Source of the DNA: Octopus bimaculoides
Lineage: Eukaryota
NCBI RefSeq assembly: GCF_001194135.2
Contig: NC_069003.1
Location: 1,957,196 to 2,021,195, forward strand
Length of the DNA stretch: 64,000 nt
Reading direction: 5' to 3'
Positions within the stretch are counted from its first letter, which is position 1; each line of letters begins with the position of its first letter. The position numbers and the translations under genes were made by a program. Positions 1 to 10,440 of the stretch are shown here, piece by piece. The notes under the pieces are model-generated. The model saw only the letters and a program-made list of their open reading frames with translations, was not told where the DNA came from and ran no database searches.

Positions 1-804
1 TTATCATTTTCGTCGTCATCTTCCTTCACGTTCTTCGAAGTTTCTGCGACACAATTCTTATTAAATGCATCAGTCCACATATTCTATGAATTTTCACACA
101 TCGCTACATACCAAGGATTTCGAAATTCTCAGCTAGACAACTAGATACATAGCTGATTACATCACCTTATGGAATTTCTGTCGTTTTCTTTCAGTGTTAT
201 TCCATCTTCTGCCATTGTCGTTCTGTTGTATTGTTTGCGAAAGTTCTGAATTTAAAACAATAGTATTTTTTTTTTTCTTGTGTGAATGAGATGTCGATTT
301 TGTAATTTTGTAATTTCATTTTTTGTTTTTATTATAATTTTTTTTTTACTAGGATTTAAACTTTAATTTTGATAAATGAAAAATTACAAAATAAAAAGAA
401 AAAAAAAGCTTGATTGTGTAATGAGAATGCACTGATTTTTATGGTACAATTATTAATAATAATGAGGTGGTTGGTATCATGATAATAATAATAATAATGA
501 TAATAATAGTAATAATAATAATAATAATAATAATGTTAATATTATCATTATCATTTTTTATTATTACTGACGTCCTAATCATCATCATATTTCAAACAAA
601 GACACAAAGCTTGTAGTTCGGTGTAGAGGAATATTCTATCAAATCTAGCATTTGACAGTTATTCTATCGAACGAAGAAATATGAAGGCGACGTTATGATC
701 AACGAAAAAATAATGCTAATGAAAAATATTGAATACGTATGAAGAGGCAATGGTTCACTGATCCACCCTAAAATGTATTATAGAATGCCAAATATTTTAT
801 TTCT

Positions 805-1185
805 CAAAATGTATTAACATCCAAATTATTTCTTTTATATTCACCACAACAATGTCCGGTTTCTAATGTCGTCTCAGATGATAGCACTGTATTATTGCAT
901 CCAACAGAATTTTAAAGATTTCATTGTCTGTGACACCTTCTAGAGTTTGCTCATGCCACGTCTTTGTGCTTGTAGACCTTGATTTTCACAAAGTTCCCAA
1001 TGGATCATTCTTGCCATATTGTCATGACGTCTTTTCCATTCGCGTTGTGCCAATTTCGGACATTCGCTAACGAGGTGCCATACCGTTTCACTCATCTCAC
1101 CACACATTCTGCATTTGTCGCTGTCGGTAATGTTATGAATTCTGCACTTCATATAGTTGGTTCGTAACGCTCGTTCTTGTACTAT
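805..1185 (-). mobile_element. R4/Dong-like RLE non-LTR retrotransposon remnant (zinc knuckle plus start of RLE endonuclease), pseudogenised
   Basis: Minus strand reads QERALRTNYMKCRI...KCRMCGEMSETVWHLVSECPKLAQREWKRRHDNMARMIHWELC (CxxC-8-HxxxC knuckle plus RHD motif). After a frameshift it continues KTWHEQTLEGVTDNEIFKILLDAIIQCYHLRRH*KPDIVVV, matching the PD motif of RLE LINEs. Confidence 0.88.
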
Positions 1186-1311
1186 TGAAGTTCAAGAGAG
1201 ATTAACCAGAGAGGAAAGTGTTTGTCTCTAAACATTTTCACACGCGTCCAGTTTACACATTCTTTCGCCATAGCCACAAGGCCCTGTGTATGTATAAATA
1301 TTAATATATCT

Positions 1312-1673
1312 ATTGTTGTTGGCACTCCGTCGCCCACGACCTCGAGGGTTCCAGTTGATCCAATTACCGGAACAGCCTGCTCGTGAAATTAACGTGCAAG
1401 TGAATGAGCACTCCACAAACACGTGTACCTCTAACGTAGTTCTCGGGGATATTCGGCGTGACAGTGTGACAAGGCTGACCCTTTGAATTACAGGCACAAC
1501 AGAAACAGGAAGAGTGAGAGAAAGTTGTGGTGAAAGAGTACAGTAGGGTTCACCACCATCCCCTGCTGGAGCCTCGTGGAGTTTTAGGTGTTTTCGCTCA
1601 ATAAACACTCACAGCGCTCGGTCTGGGAATCGAAACCGCGATCCTATGACTGCAAGCCCGCTACCCTAACCAC
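1312..1673 (-). mobile_element. tRNA-derived SINE (family C) with short (CAA)n tail
   Basis: Minus strand starts GTGGTTAGGGTAGCGGGCTTGCAGTCATAGGATCGCGGTTTCGATTCCC (A-box and B-box-like) and ends ...CGACGGAGTGCCAACAACAA. Confidence 0.8.
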
Positions 1674-1979
1674 AAATAAAGATATCTATATACGTTATGA
1701 TATATGCGTGTGTGTGTGAATGTGTATGTATGTATGTGTGTATGTATATATATATATATATATGTGTGTGTTTGTGTCGATATATACATATTTGTATGTA
1801 TGTATGTATGTATGTGTGTGTGGGTATCTGTGTGTTTGTATTTTTGGGTCTATACACATGATAAAAAAAAACGAATTGCTTGCTCACATACAGACGCAGA
1901 TAGTCATATATCCGCACTGGTAACACTCACGCAAATACATCTATTCGTGAAATATGGAAATCAGAAAAGAAGCCAAAAA

Positions 1980-2014
<35 letters not shown>

Positions 2015-2175
2015 CTATTTAATGTCGGTGAATATGTATTCTTTAGATATCTCGGAATTGTTCTGTTTTCTTCGGAAATGCTTTCTTCAATAGAATCGAC
2101 AAAAGTCTCCGCTGATTACTGTAAAAGATTATTAGAACGAGAAAAACATCAAGTACAAACACATGCACCCCCAAC

Positions 2176-2213
<38 letters not shown>

Positions 2214-2415
2214 CATACATATACACACAAAGGAATACACACACATATGTATTAAAAGTGAACGAGAGAGAGACAGAAGTGTGTGAGTGCAAACAAGCAA
2301 TACTAGAGCGAATTGACGAATACAATTTTGATTAACGTGATCAATGCGGCTGCTCCTGCTAACGACTACAATAATGAAAATAATAGCAATAATAATAATA
2401 ATAATAATAATAATA

Positions 2416-2560
2416 GGGGAGGGGCATAGTCGATTACATCGCGCTCCGAAAGGATGAAAGGCAAAGTCGACCTCAGCGAAATATGAACTCAGAACGTAAC
2501 GGCAAACGAAATACTGCTAAACATTTCGCCCAGTGTGCTAACGATTCTACCAGCTCGCCG
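2416..2560 (-). mobile_element. SINE family A copy, flanked by (TAA)n
   Basis: Reverse complement of the head CGGCGAGCTGGTAGAATCGTTAGCAC...GTTCTGAGTTCA, shared with copies at 18916 and 25376. Confidence 0.85.
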
Positions 2561-2599
2561 CGTATACAATAATAATAATAATAATAGTAATCTTTCTTA

Positions 2600-2905
2600 C
2601 TACAGGCACGAAGCCTAAAATGTGAGGGATTTCATCGACCTCGGTGTTTCACTGGTATTTAATATAGCGAGCTCAAAAGGATGCAAAGCAAAGTTGACCT
2701 CGGTACTTATTTTTATTGACCCCACGAAAGGATGAAATGCAATGTCGTCCTTTGTTGCATTTGAGCTCAGAACTCGGCGACAGACGAAAAGCCGCTATTT
2801 TCCCAGCATGGGAACAATTCTGCCTACAATCCTATAAATATTGATATAAATTTCAGCACGAAGTCAGCAATTTTGGGGAGGGATAAGCCAATTGCTATTA
2901 CTTCG
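2600..2905 (-). mobile_element. Cluster of degraded SINE family A fragments
   Basis: Repeated AAAGGATG(C)AAA...GACCTCGG and GAGCTCAGAAC segments homologous to 2416-2560. Confidence 0.6.
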
Positions 2906-3280
2906 GCTACAACAACTAAAAGTACGAATTGTAATAATAACAACAACAATAATAATAATAATAATAATAATTTTCATTGACAATAAGGAGGTCTAGAAAG
3001 GAGGCAACTTGGAAAGAAGTGGAGAGGCCGGCTGGGAATTATTGTATTGATTATAAGGGGAACAGGAAGAAAATAAAAGCCTCCCTAATGCTAGTAATTA
3101 AAAATAGGAGAATGAAAGTAATGAAAAAAATATGATGCACGAAATATTAAGACTGGTAATATCCATTATGAAAACAGTAACAAATAGTAATGATGAAAAT
3201 AACATTTATGATGAAGATAATGACAATAATAATCATAATTACTATTACAATAATTATGATCGTCATTATTATGATTATTA

Positions 3281-3321
<41 letters not shown>

Positions 3322-3764
3322 GAAGTAAATAACACGATTATCTGTATGTTATGTTTAAAGTATATTGAAGAGTTTACAAGACTGGAAAAAAATTGTAAAA
3401 GAATAGATACGGAATGAAAAAAATGATATTAATGGCGGAGAAAAAGAAATTGATAAATTAGAAATGCTTTCTTTAAGACAAAGAGATGCAGATATACCTA
3501 ACGGGAAGCAAAATGGTAAACAAAAACAGCAAAAGAAAAACAGCATTATGCAACGTGTAGGAATATATATTGGCATATGTCAAAGAATGGTAAGAAAATT
3601 ACGAAATAATATATCGATAATAGAGGTTACAGAAAAAAATTCACCGCCATATACATACGTGCATAGACACACACATACACATATGTATATATATATATAT
3701 ATATGTATCGATATTTGTACGCACGCACATACAAGCACACATACACACACGCACACATAAGCAT

Positions 3765-3969
3765 ATATACCAATACACACACACACACACACATATATAC
3801 CAATACACACAGGATACACACACACACACATATACCAATACACACAGGATACACACACACACACACATATATACCAATACACACAGGATACACACACACA
3901 CACACACACATATATACCAATACACACAGGATACACACACACACACACATATACCAATACACACAGGAT

Positions 3970-3985
<16 letters not shown>
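3765..3985. repeat. Composite minisatellite: TATACCAATACACAC(AGGATA)(CA)n, 6 units
   Basis: Six TATACCAATAC cores, five followed by AGGATA, each separated by a variable (CA)n run. Read directly from sequence. Confidence 0.95.
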
Positions 3986-4021
<36 letters not shown>

Positions 4022-5061
4022 GTATGCATGTATATTAGTATGTATGTATGTATGAAAATATTTGCTTGCATAGGATAATAGCATATAAGATATATGAGTG
4101 TGTGTATATATTTATGTGGTGGGGGTATATGTTGTATATGGTGTGTGCATGTTTGCTAATATGGTTGTGTGTAGTTGTGCCTTAAAGGATAATAGTGTAC
4201 AATACTATGTGAATATATGTATGTATATATACATATGTGTGTGTGTGTGTGTGTGTGTGTGCGCGTGTATATGTTGTGCACGTGCGCTTTGGTTGATCTG
4301 TGCGTGAGTTTCTCTATATGTGTGCGTGTGGTTGTGTATGCAGCAATAAATATATAATGTCTGATGCACAAAGAAGATATAAAGGGAGAGCGAGAAAGAG
4401 AGAGAGAGGTGGAGTACTGACACACAAATTCTAACTCACGTATAAACACAGTCACATGGTCACGTAAATAATGAATGCTAAAAAGATAGTTACGTAAACA
4501 CGGTCTAAAGTGAGAAAAACTAATTTAAAAGCCACCAGAAACAGAACAACAACAACAACAACAACAACTGCAGCAACAGCAGCAGCAGCAGTAACAACAT
4601 GCGCGCTAATACCAAAATAACAAAAATAACAACTTGTAATAAAAGGATGATTAATATGATGATGGTTGACACTACTGCTGCTGCTGCTGCTGATGGTGAG
4701 GATGATGCTGATGATGGCGATTAAATATGGTGGTGTGAACGACGATAATGATGAAGATATGTTGATAAGAAGGAGAGTAATGGCGAACGATGAAGTAGAT
4801 AGGTAAATAAATTGCGAGAGCAGCAGCAACAGCGGCGATGATTTTAGTAGTAGTAGTAGTAGTGGCAGCAGCAGCAGTAGTAGTAGTTCGTGTTTCTCTT
4901 GTTCTTTGTTGGTAGTGTTTGAGTTACTGCTGTAGTATTGTAGAATACTAACGACGGCCGTTCCCGTCGCTTTCGACTTTTGATTGTTTGAAGGAAAGTA
5001 TTTAAAGACACGGAAAAAATTGTGGAAACAACGTTGAAAAAGAAAAGAATAAAAGAACCTG

Positions 5062-5264
5062 GAATGGTACAGACATGAAACCGGGGGCGTCAATGAGAAC
5101 AATGAATATAAGATCTTGTGGTATTTTACAATCCAGTGTGACTCTCTAATCGATGCTCGCAGAGCAGATATTGTCGTAGTGGATAAGAAAGTAAAGGAAA
5201 CCAAGATAATATTGCCATTCCAGGGGATGCAGCGTAAGAGTCAAGGAGCTGGAAAAGATGGAAG
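5062..5264 (+). mobile_element. R4/Dong-like LINE RLE-endonuclease fragment
   Basis: Reads EWYRHETGGVNENNEYKILWYFTIQCDSLIDARRADIVVVDKKVKETKII, then after a frameshift AIPGDA...KELEKME. This is the ILWDF..Q.D....RRPDIVVV..K signature. Confidence 0.85.
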
Positions 5265-5314
5265 TTGTGTGTGCGTGTGTGTGTGTGTGTGTGTTTGTGT
5301 GTCTGTGTGTCTGT

Positions 5315-5375
<61 letters not shown>

Positions 5376-5391
5376 CACACACATACACGAC

Positions 5392-5500
5392 AGGCTTCAT
5401 TCGGTTTCCTTCGACCAAATCCAGGTAAAGCTTTGGTCGCTCCGATGCTATAACTGAAGACACTTGCTCAATGTGCCACGCAATAGAACTAGATTCAGTA
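5392..5500 (-). mobile_element. SINE family B head fragment with associated (CA)n/(TG)n tract
   Basis: Reverse complement reads GCGTGGCACATTGAGCAAGTGTCTTCAGTTATAGC...GACCAAAGCTTT...GGATTTGGTCGAAGGAAACCGAATGAAGCCTGTCGTG, homologous to 19079 and 46742. Confidence 0.75.
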
Positions 5501-6741
5501 TCTGGTGACATTTTTGTTAAAACGTCGTAACAAATATTTACCTCTGCAATGAATAGACCGTAAATAATCTATAACTTCTCAATTAACGGCATTCTTTCTT
5601 AGCAACGCTATCACTGATCGAAGAACTCCACCGCTGCTTAGCACTGAATTGGCAAATGACCCAAAAGTCCAAACGATCGAGCATCCAAAACAAGCATTGG
5701 CTGCTCGCACAAATATAAACATTTCTTATATCGATGAAAAAGATCCCCCGTCAGTCTTAGCAAGCACGTGGGATATCCCTCTCGGTATTCAATTGAGGCC
5801 ACTGGGTAAAACACTAAAACATACCACCGTTACAAGCCTTCACTGTACAAAAACAGTCGAGATAGAAGATCAAATAGATTAGAGGGAATGCGAGTAACTT
5901 ATTCGTTTACCGATTTGTGAAATCACGAATTGTTCTTGGGTGGCCATATTACACCTCCATCACTTAATTCCTTGATTCATTTTGCTTCACTTTTGTTTTA
6001 GCGCATAAAACTTGTCTCTCACAACACATCGTTCCTGCTGAAAAAATGGTCGAGAGCTTTTACCGCCGCAAGCATGTCTGTCGCAAAACAGCTAACACAG
6101 CTATCGAAGTATGTTTATTTCACATCCTACGCATTTTAGAAGTTTGTGAGGAAATGAATAGATACATCTAGTAGCACAAAGGCAACGTGTAAGTATTTTT
6201 CTATGCTCTTATTCAAATAGGTTTCTCACACAACTGATTTTATGTGAAGTCATTTAGAATTAAGCCATAATATTACTTGATTCTTTATCACGCTCTCAAA
6301 TTCGCAAGCACACAATACTACACACAACTTCTTGCATGCATATATAGATATACGCGTGCGCATGTGTGTGTGTGAGTTGTAAATGTTTTACCGAATAATT
6401 TTTAAAAATCATTTCATGGCATGTATCGTGACAAAGTATGCTGCAAACGCATTCCACTTGTGGTGGTAACACGAACAACTGGCAGATACAGGAATGAAAG
6501 AGAATTTGAAATTAAATCGACAACACACGTTAGAGTAAAAACATATGGCAGCAGCAACACAGGAACGTTAAAAATCTTTGAATTTGAAGAAAAATATTCA
6601 TTGTAGTGTGAGAGAATATCATACTTTTAGTATAATGTGTATACACAGACATGACAAAAGTAATTAGACGCCTTTACAAATGTTGAAATTTATTTAAATC
6701 TGAAATTATATATTCAAATTATATATATATTATGTGAATAT

Positions 6742-7190
6742 CTAATATTCAGTAGCCATTATTTTTGCATTATTTAGAAAGCAATGTATCTTTAGGCATG
6801 TTAGTCATCAAATGACGTAAATTCTCCTGAAGTATTTCTTGCCAAGTTTCATGCAGTAATCTCAAAAGGTCTGGCTTTGAGGATGCTTTCTTGATCTTTA
6901 TACAAAGTATAGTGTCCATTATGCTCCAGAAGTGTTCAATAGGCTTCGCATCTGCTGGTCGGCTTGGCAATGGAAAATTTTGATATTCTCTTCCAACCAA
7001 TCTTGGGGCTTTTTAGCCGTGTATCAAGGAGGCCCATATTCCATAAATAGACTTCTTCAATCATTTTACATCAGAAGATTGGAAGGAATCCTTTCTACAA
7101 CTTGGACACATATTTATCCGAGTTTATGTTTCCCTCACACTCAGGGGGACTCAGCCTGTCACAGAAAGTGATAAGAATGGCGCCTTGTAA
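6742..7190 (-). mobile_element. Tc1-family transposase C-terminal half (DD34E-type), pseudogene
   Basis: Minus strand reads GAI...EGNINSDKYVSKL*KGFLP; FMEYGPP*YTAKKPQDWLEEN; PSRPADAKPIEHFWSIMD...SSKPDLLRLLHETWQEILQENLRHLMTNMPK...NAKIMATEY*. These match the Tc1 motifs WGAI, QDNAPxHTA, WPxxSPDLNPIEHLW and AKGGxTKY. Possible TIR TA|CACAGACATGACAAAAG at 6642-6672. Confidence 0.85.
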
Positions 7191-7204
7191 TTTACAAGTA
7201 CATC

Positions 7205-7330
7205 ACATTTTCGCCAACAGAATGGACCGGAGCAACAGGAAATAAAGCTTCTTGCTGAAGGACACAACGAACCGCTGGGAATCGAAATCACGACCTTACG
7301 ACTGTGAGCCGAATGTCCTAATCACTAAAA
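7205..7330 (-). mobile_element. tRNA-derived SINE (family D) 5' part
   Basis: Minus strand reads TTAGTGATTAGGACATTCGGCTCACAGTCGTAAGGTCGTGATTTCGATTCCC...TTGTGTCCTTCAGCAAGAAGCTTTATTTCCTGTTGCTCC. Confidence 0.75.
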
Positions 7331-7637
7331 GTCATGAACGATTTTCTGAAACTGTCGTTCAAAGGAAGAAAGAAAAATCGGAAAGTTATACCTTTCAGAT
7401 ATTTATCGCTATCGTTGCTATAAACGTACCTTTTGCTAATTTTGTTATTTAATCGATAACGTTTCAGCTATTTATGTTGTATCTCTATTCACCCACGGCC
7501 ATTAGACACAGGTCTCAATATCCGGAGAAGATAATAGAATGCATATCTATTTGTTTAAATATGTACAACTATTAGGCGTTTTCACGTGCCATTTCGCCTA
7601 GGCAGCATTTATATTTCATTATGTGATTTCATGTGAA

Positions 7638-7684
<47 letters not shown>

Positions 7685-7979
7685 NNNNNNNNNNNNNNNN
7701 NNNNNNNNNNNNNNNNNNNNNNNNNNNNNNNNNNNNNNNNNNNNNNNNNNNNNNNNNNNNNNNNNNNNNNNNNNNNNNNNNNNNNNNNNNNNNNNNNNNN
7801 NNNNNNNNNNNNNNNNNNNNNNNNNNNNNNNNNNNNNNNNNNNNNNNNNNNNNNNNNNNNNNNNNNNNNNNNNNNNNNNNNNNNNNNNNNNNNNNNNNNN
7901 NNNNNNNNNNNNNNNNNNNNNNNNNNNNNNNNNNNNNNNNNNNNNNNNNNNNNNNNNNNNNNNNNNNNNNNNNNNNNNN

Positions 7980-8027
<48 letters not shown>

Positions 8028-8451
8028 TACACATATTTATTTGTAGGGGAACATCTTCAGCCCTGAAAATGAGATTTTAAATAACTTACAGGAAGCTATT
8101 ATCAGTGCTGTAGCCTCGTACTTGTTCATATGTTTAACCTCCTCCTGTAAATTAAATTTTACAAGTATTTGAAATTTGCGTGGGCTACTCAAGAAAGCAG
8201 ATCTTTCTAATATCTAGTATTCTATATTCACCCGGAAGGAGATAAGTCATTTCCGAAATACGACTTACATTGCACACGACGTTTACATATATATATATGT
8301 ATGTGTGTGTATGTATGTTTGTGTGTGTATGTAAGTATGTATATATATGTATATATGCACACCTATCAATCATATTTACTAGAGAGATCGAGTCTATTCT
8401 TATAATGAAATCCATTCGAATATAGGTACAAGTCATCGAGTTTTGTGTAGA

Positions 8452-8610
8452 TATGGGTGTTAATACGTCGACTCCAGTATTCTGTTGGTATTTATTTTAT
8501 GGGCACCGAAGAGGAAGAACATTGGAATCGACATCGGCATAACGCGAACTCTGAACGTAATGAACCGAAAGGAATGCCGTTAAGAATTTTATCCGGTATG
8601 CTAACGACTC
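8452..8610 (-). mobile_element. Degraded SINE family A copy
   Basis: Reverse complement of GAGTCGTTAGCATACCGGATAAAATTCTTAACGGCATT...TACGTTCAGAGTTC. Confidence 0.65.
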
Positions 8611-8925
8611 TTAAGGTTCATCGCATTAATTATTATAATTAAACGGAAATGTAAGTGAATAGGAGATTTAAAGTGATTTCAAATCTTGGTACAGTATTAT
8701 ATATTTGAAAAACTGATTAGAAACGTCATTTCTAATATTTTTTCTACTTTGATAATTAAATGTTTATAAGTTATTAGGTGTTTACAAAATTATAAACTTC
8801 TAATTATTAAAGTGGGTAAACTATCATAAAACGCCATTTCTATTCATCTTTTCGAATATATGTACCCTCATATATATACATATATATATATATATGCATG
8901 TGTGTGTGTAAGTATGTATGTATTA

Positions 8926-9311
8926 CAGTAGAACCTCTCAGAATGAGTATCCCATTGTACGACTAATTTAACGTACGAGCTGAGACTCGTGCGAATTTTT
9001 GTCTTGAAGTACGCGTAGAAATCCGCAGTTCGAGCACACAAATCGTCCCATCTTTAAGGTAATTCAGTTAATAAAAACAGTTTACAAATTTCTTTTGCAT
9101 TCTTTTTTTTTATAATTTTCTTTTAACTTATAACTACACCTTTTCTGTTTTAAAACCTATGAAAAATTATTTTTGAGTGGCTTTTGCTGGGCTGGAACGG
9201 ATTAATTGTATTTTAGTTAATTTCAATGAATAAACTGATTTGTAAAACGAGTAAATCGTAAGACGACCTCGGTCATGGAGCGAATTAAACTTGTATTGCG
9301 ATGTACCAATA
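8926..9311. mobile_element. pogo/Tigger-type MITE (about 385 bp) with TA target-site duplication
   Basis: Left end TA|CAGTAGAACCTC. Right end ...GAATTAAACTTGTATTGCGATGTACCAATA|TA, a diverged CTCGTATTxCGAGGTACCACTG. Subterminal ACGAG repeats are typical of Tigger ends. No coding capacity. Confidence 0.75.
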
Positions 9312-9809
9312 TATATATACTTTTCAAGATGAAACAAATATTCTAGAAATACAAACACAGAGGCACAATGGCACAAAATAACCGTATGAAAGCAGATCAG
9401 AGAGCACGATCAGTATTCTCCTGTACTAGTACAGCAATAGTTGCAATATGAAAGTACAATATGAGTATAATAAGTTATTTTCTGTATGAGAACAATATTC
9501 CATTATGAAATCTTTGCGAAAAACAATAGCTGAATGCAGATGTGTAAAGACACGGTTAAATATTTATAATTATTTTATTAGATCGATCACACACGCCAAC
9601 TCTATACATGTCATGAATACAATACGCTCGCGTCACTCTCTCTTTCTCTCTCTCTTTCTTACTCTCTCTCTCTCTCTTTCTCTTTCTATCTATCTAGATT
9701 ACTCATCACCCTGGCTCCCCAATATTGTTGATTACTACTGACAACTGACAAAGAACTAATTAATAGAGATCAAAGTCTGAGACTAACGCGAGTGGCATAA
9801 CACATTTTT

Positions 9810-9940
9810 GAGTTTTCCAATTGGTTGCAGGCACTTTTTGTTCGTAGGTTCACGGGGTCGAGAGAGCGTGTGCATGTTACAGGGGGATGAAGCTAGGGCG
9901 GAAGCAGCGGCGACGGAGACGGTGCTCTGTTGGGGTATGT
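9810..9940 (+). promoter_or_regulatory. Candidate promoter or non-coding first exon (CpG patch)
   Basis: CCAATTGG at 9817-9824, GGGCGGAAG (GC-box/ETS-like) at 9896-9904, about 9 CpG in 9840-9925 in an AT-rich background, and a donor-like GGG|GTATGT at 9934/9935. Confidence 0.3.
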
Positions 9941-10334
9941 ATAGATATATAAGTGTCTATCAGTTAAATAATTGATGCAGGGAATGTAGGTGCTGCGGTG
10001 GCGGTGGTGACGATGATGATGATGATGAGAGTGATGGCCGCAATGGGACGTTGTGAGACTTGTTTTGTTTTTCATTTTGTTGCTCTGATGGTGGTGATGG
10101 GGGGGGGGCGAAAGATGGTAGTACTGGGAGGGTGTAATGATTGTTATTCTCGTTCTCTTTATGGTAGCGATGCTGCTGATGCTGATAATAGTGTCTGTGG
10201 TGGTGGTGGTGGTGGGGGCCCTGGAGATGGTAGTTGTAATCAGCACGATTGTGAAGTGGACATTAACGTTTGAAGTGGTAGAACGTGAGTTGATAATATT
10301 GATTTCAAATTTTGGCACAATACCAGCAATTTCT

Positions 10335-10440
10335 AGGAAAGTGGGTAAGTCGATTATATCGACCCTGAAGTTCAACAGGTACTTAATTTATCCATCCGAA
10401 GTACAACTGGTACTTAATTTATCCACCCCGAAGTACAACC
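10335..10440 (-). mobile_element. SINE family A 3' fragment with internal 31-32 bp tandem duplication
   Basis: GAAGT(T/A)CAAC(A/T)GGTACTTAATTTATCCA repeated at 10367 and 10398, and partially at 10430. Confidence 0.7.

Noticed and set aside
3765-3985. Repeat-spacer pattern superficially like a CRISPR array
   Set aside because: The spacers are (CA)n runs rather than unique sequences, the context is eukaryotic and there are no cas genes.
1312-7330. tRNA-like A/B boxes at about 1630-1673 and 7285-7330 as tRNA genes
   Set aside because: They continue into SINE bodies and lack a full cloverleaf; they are SINE heads.
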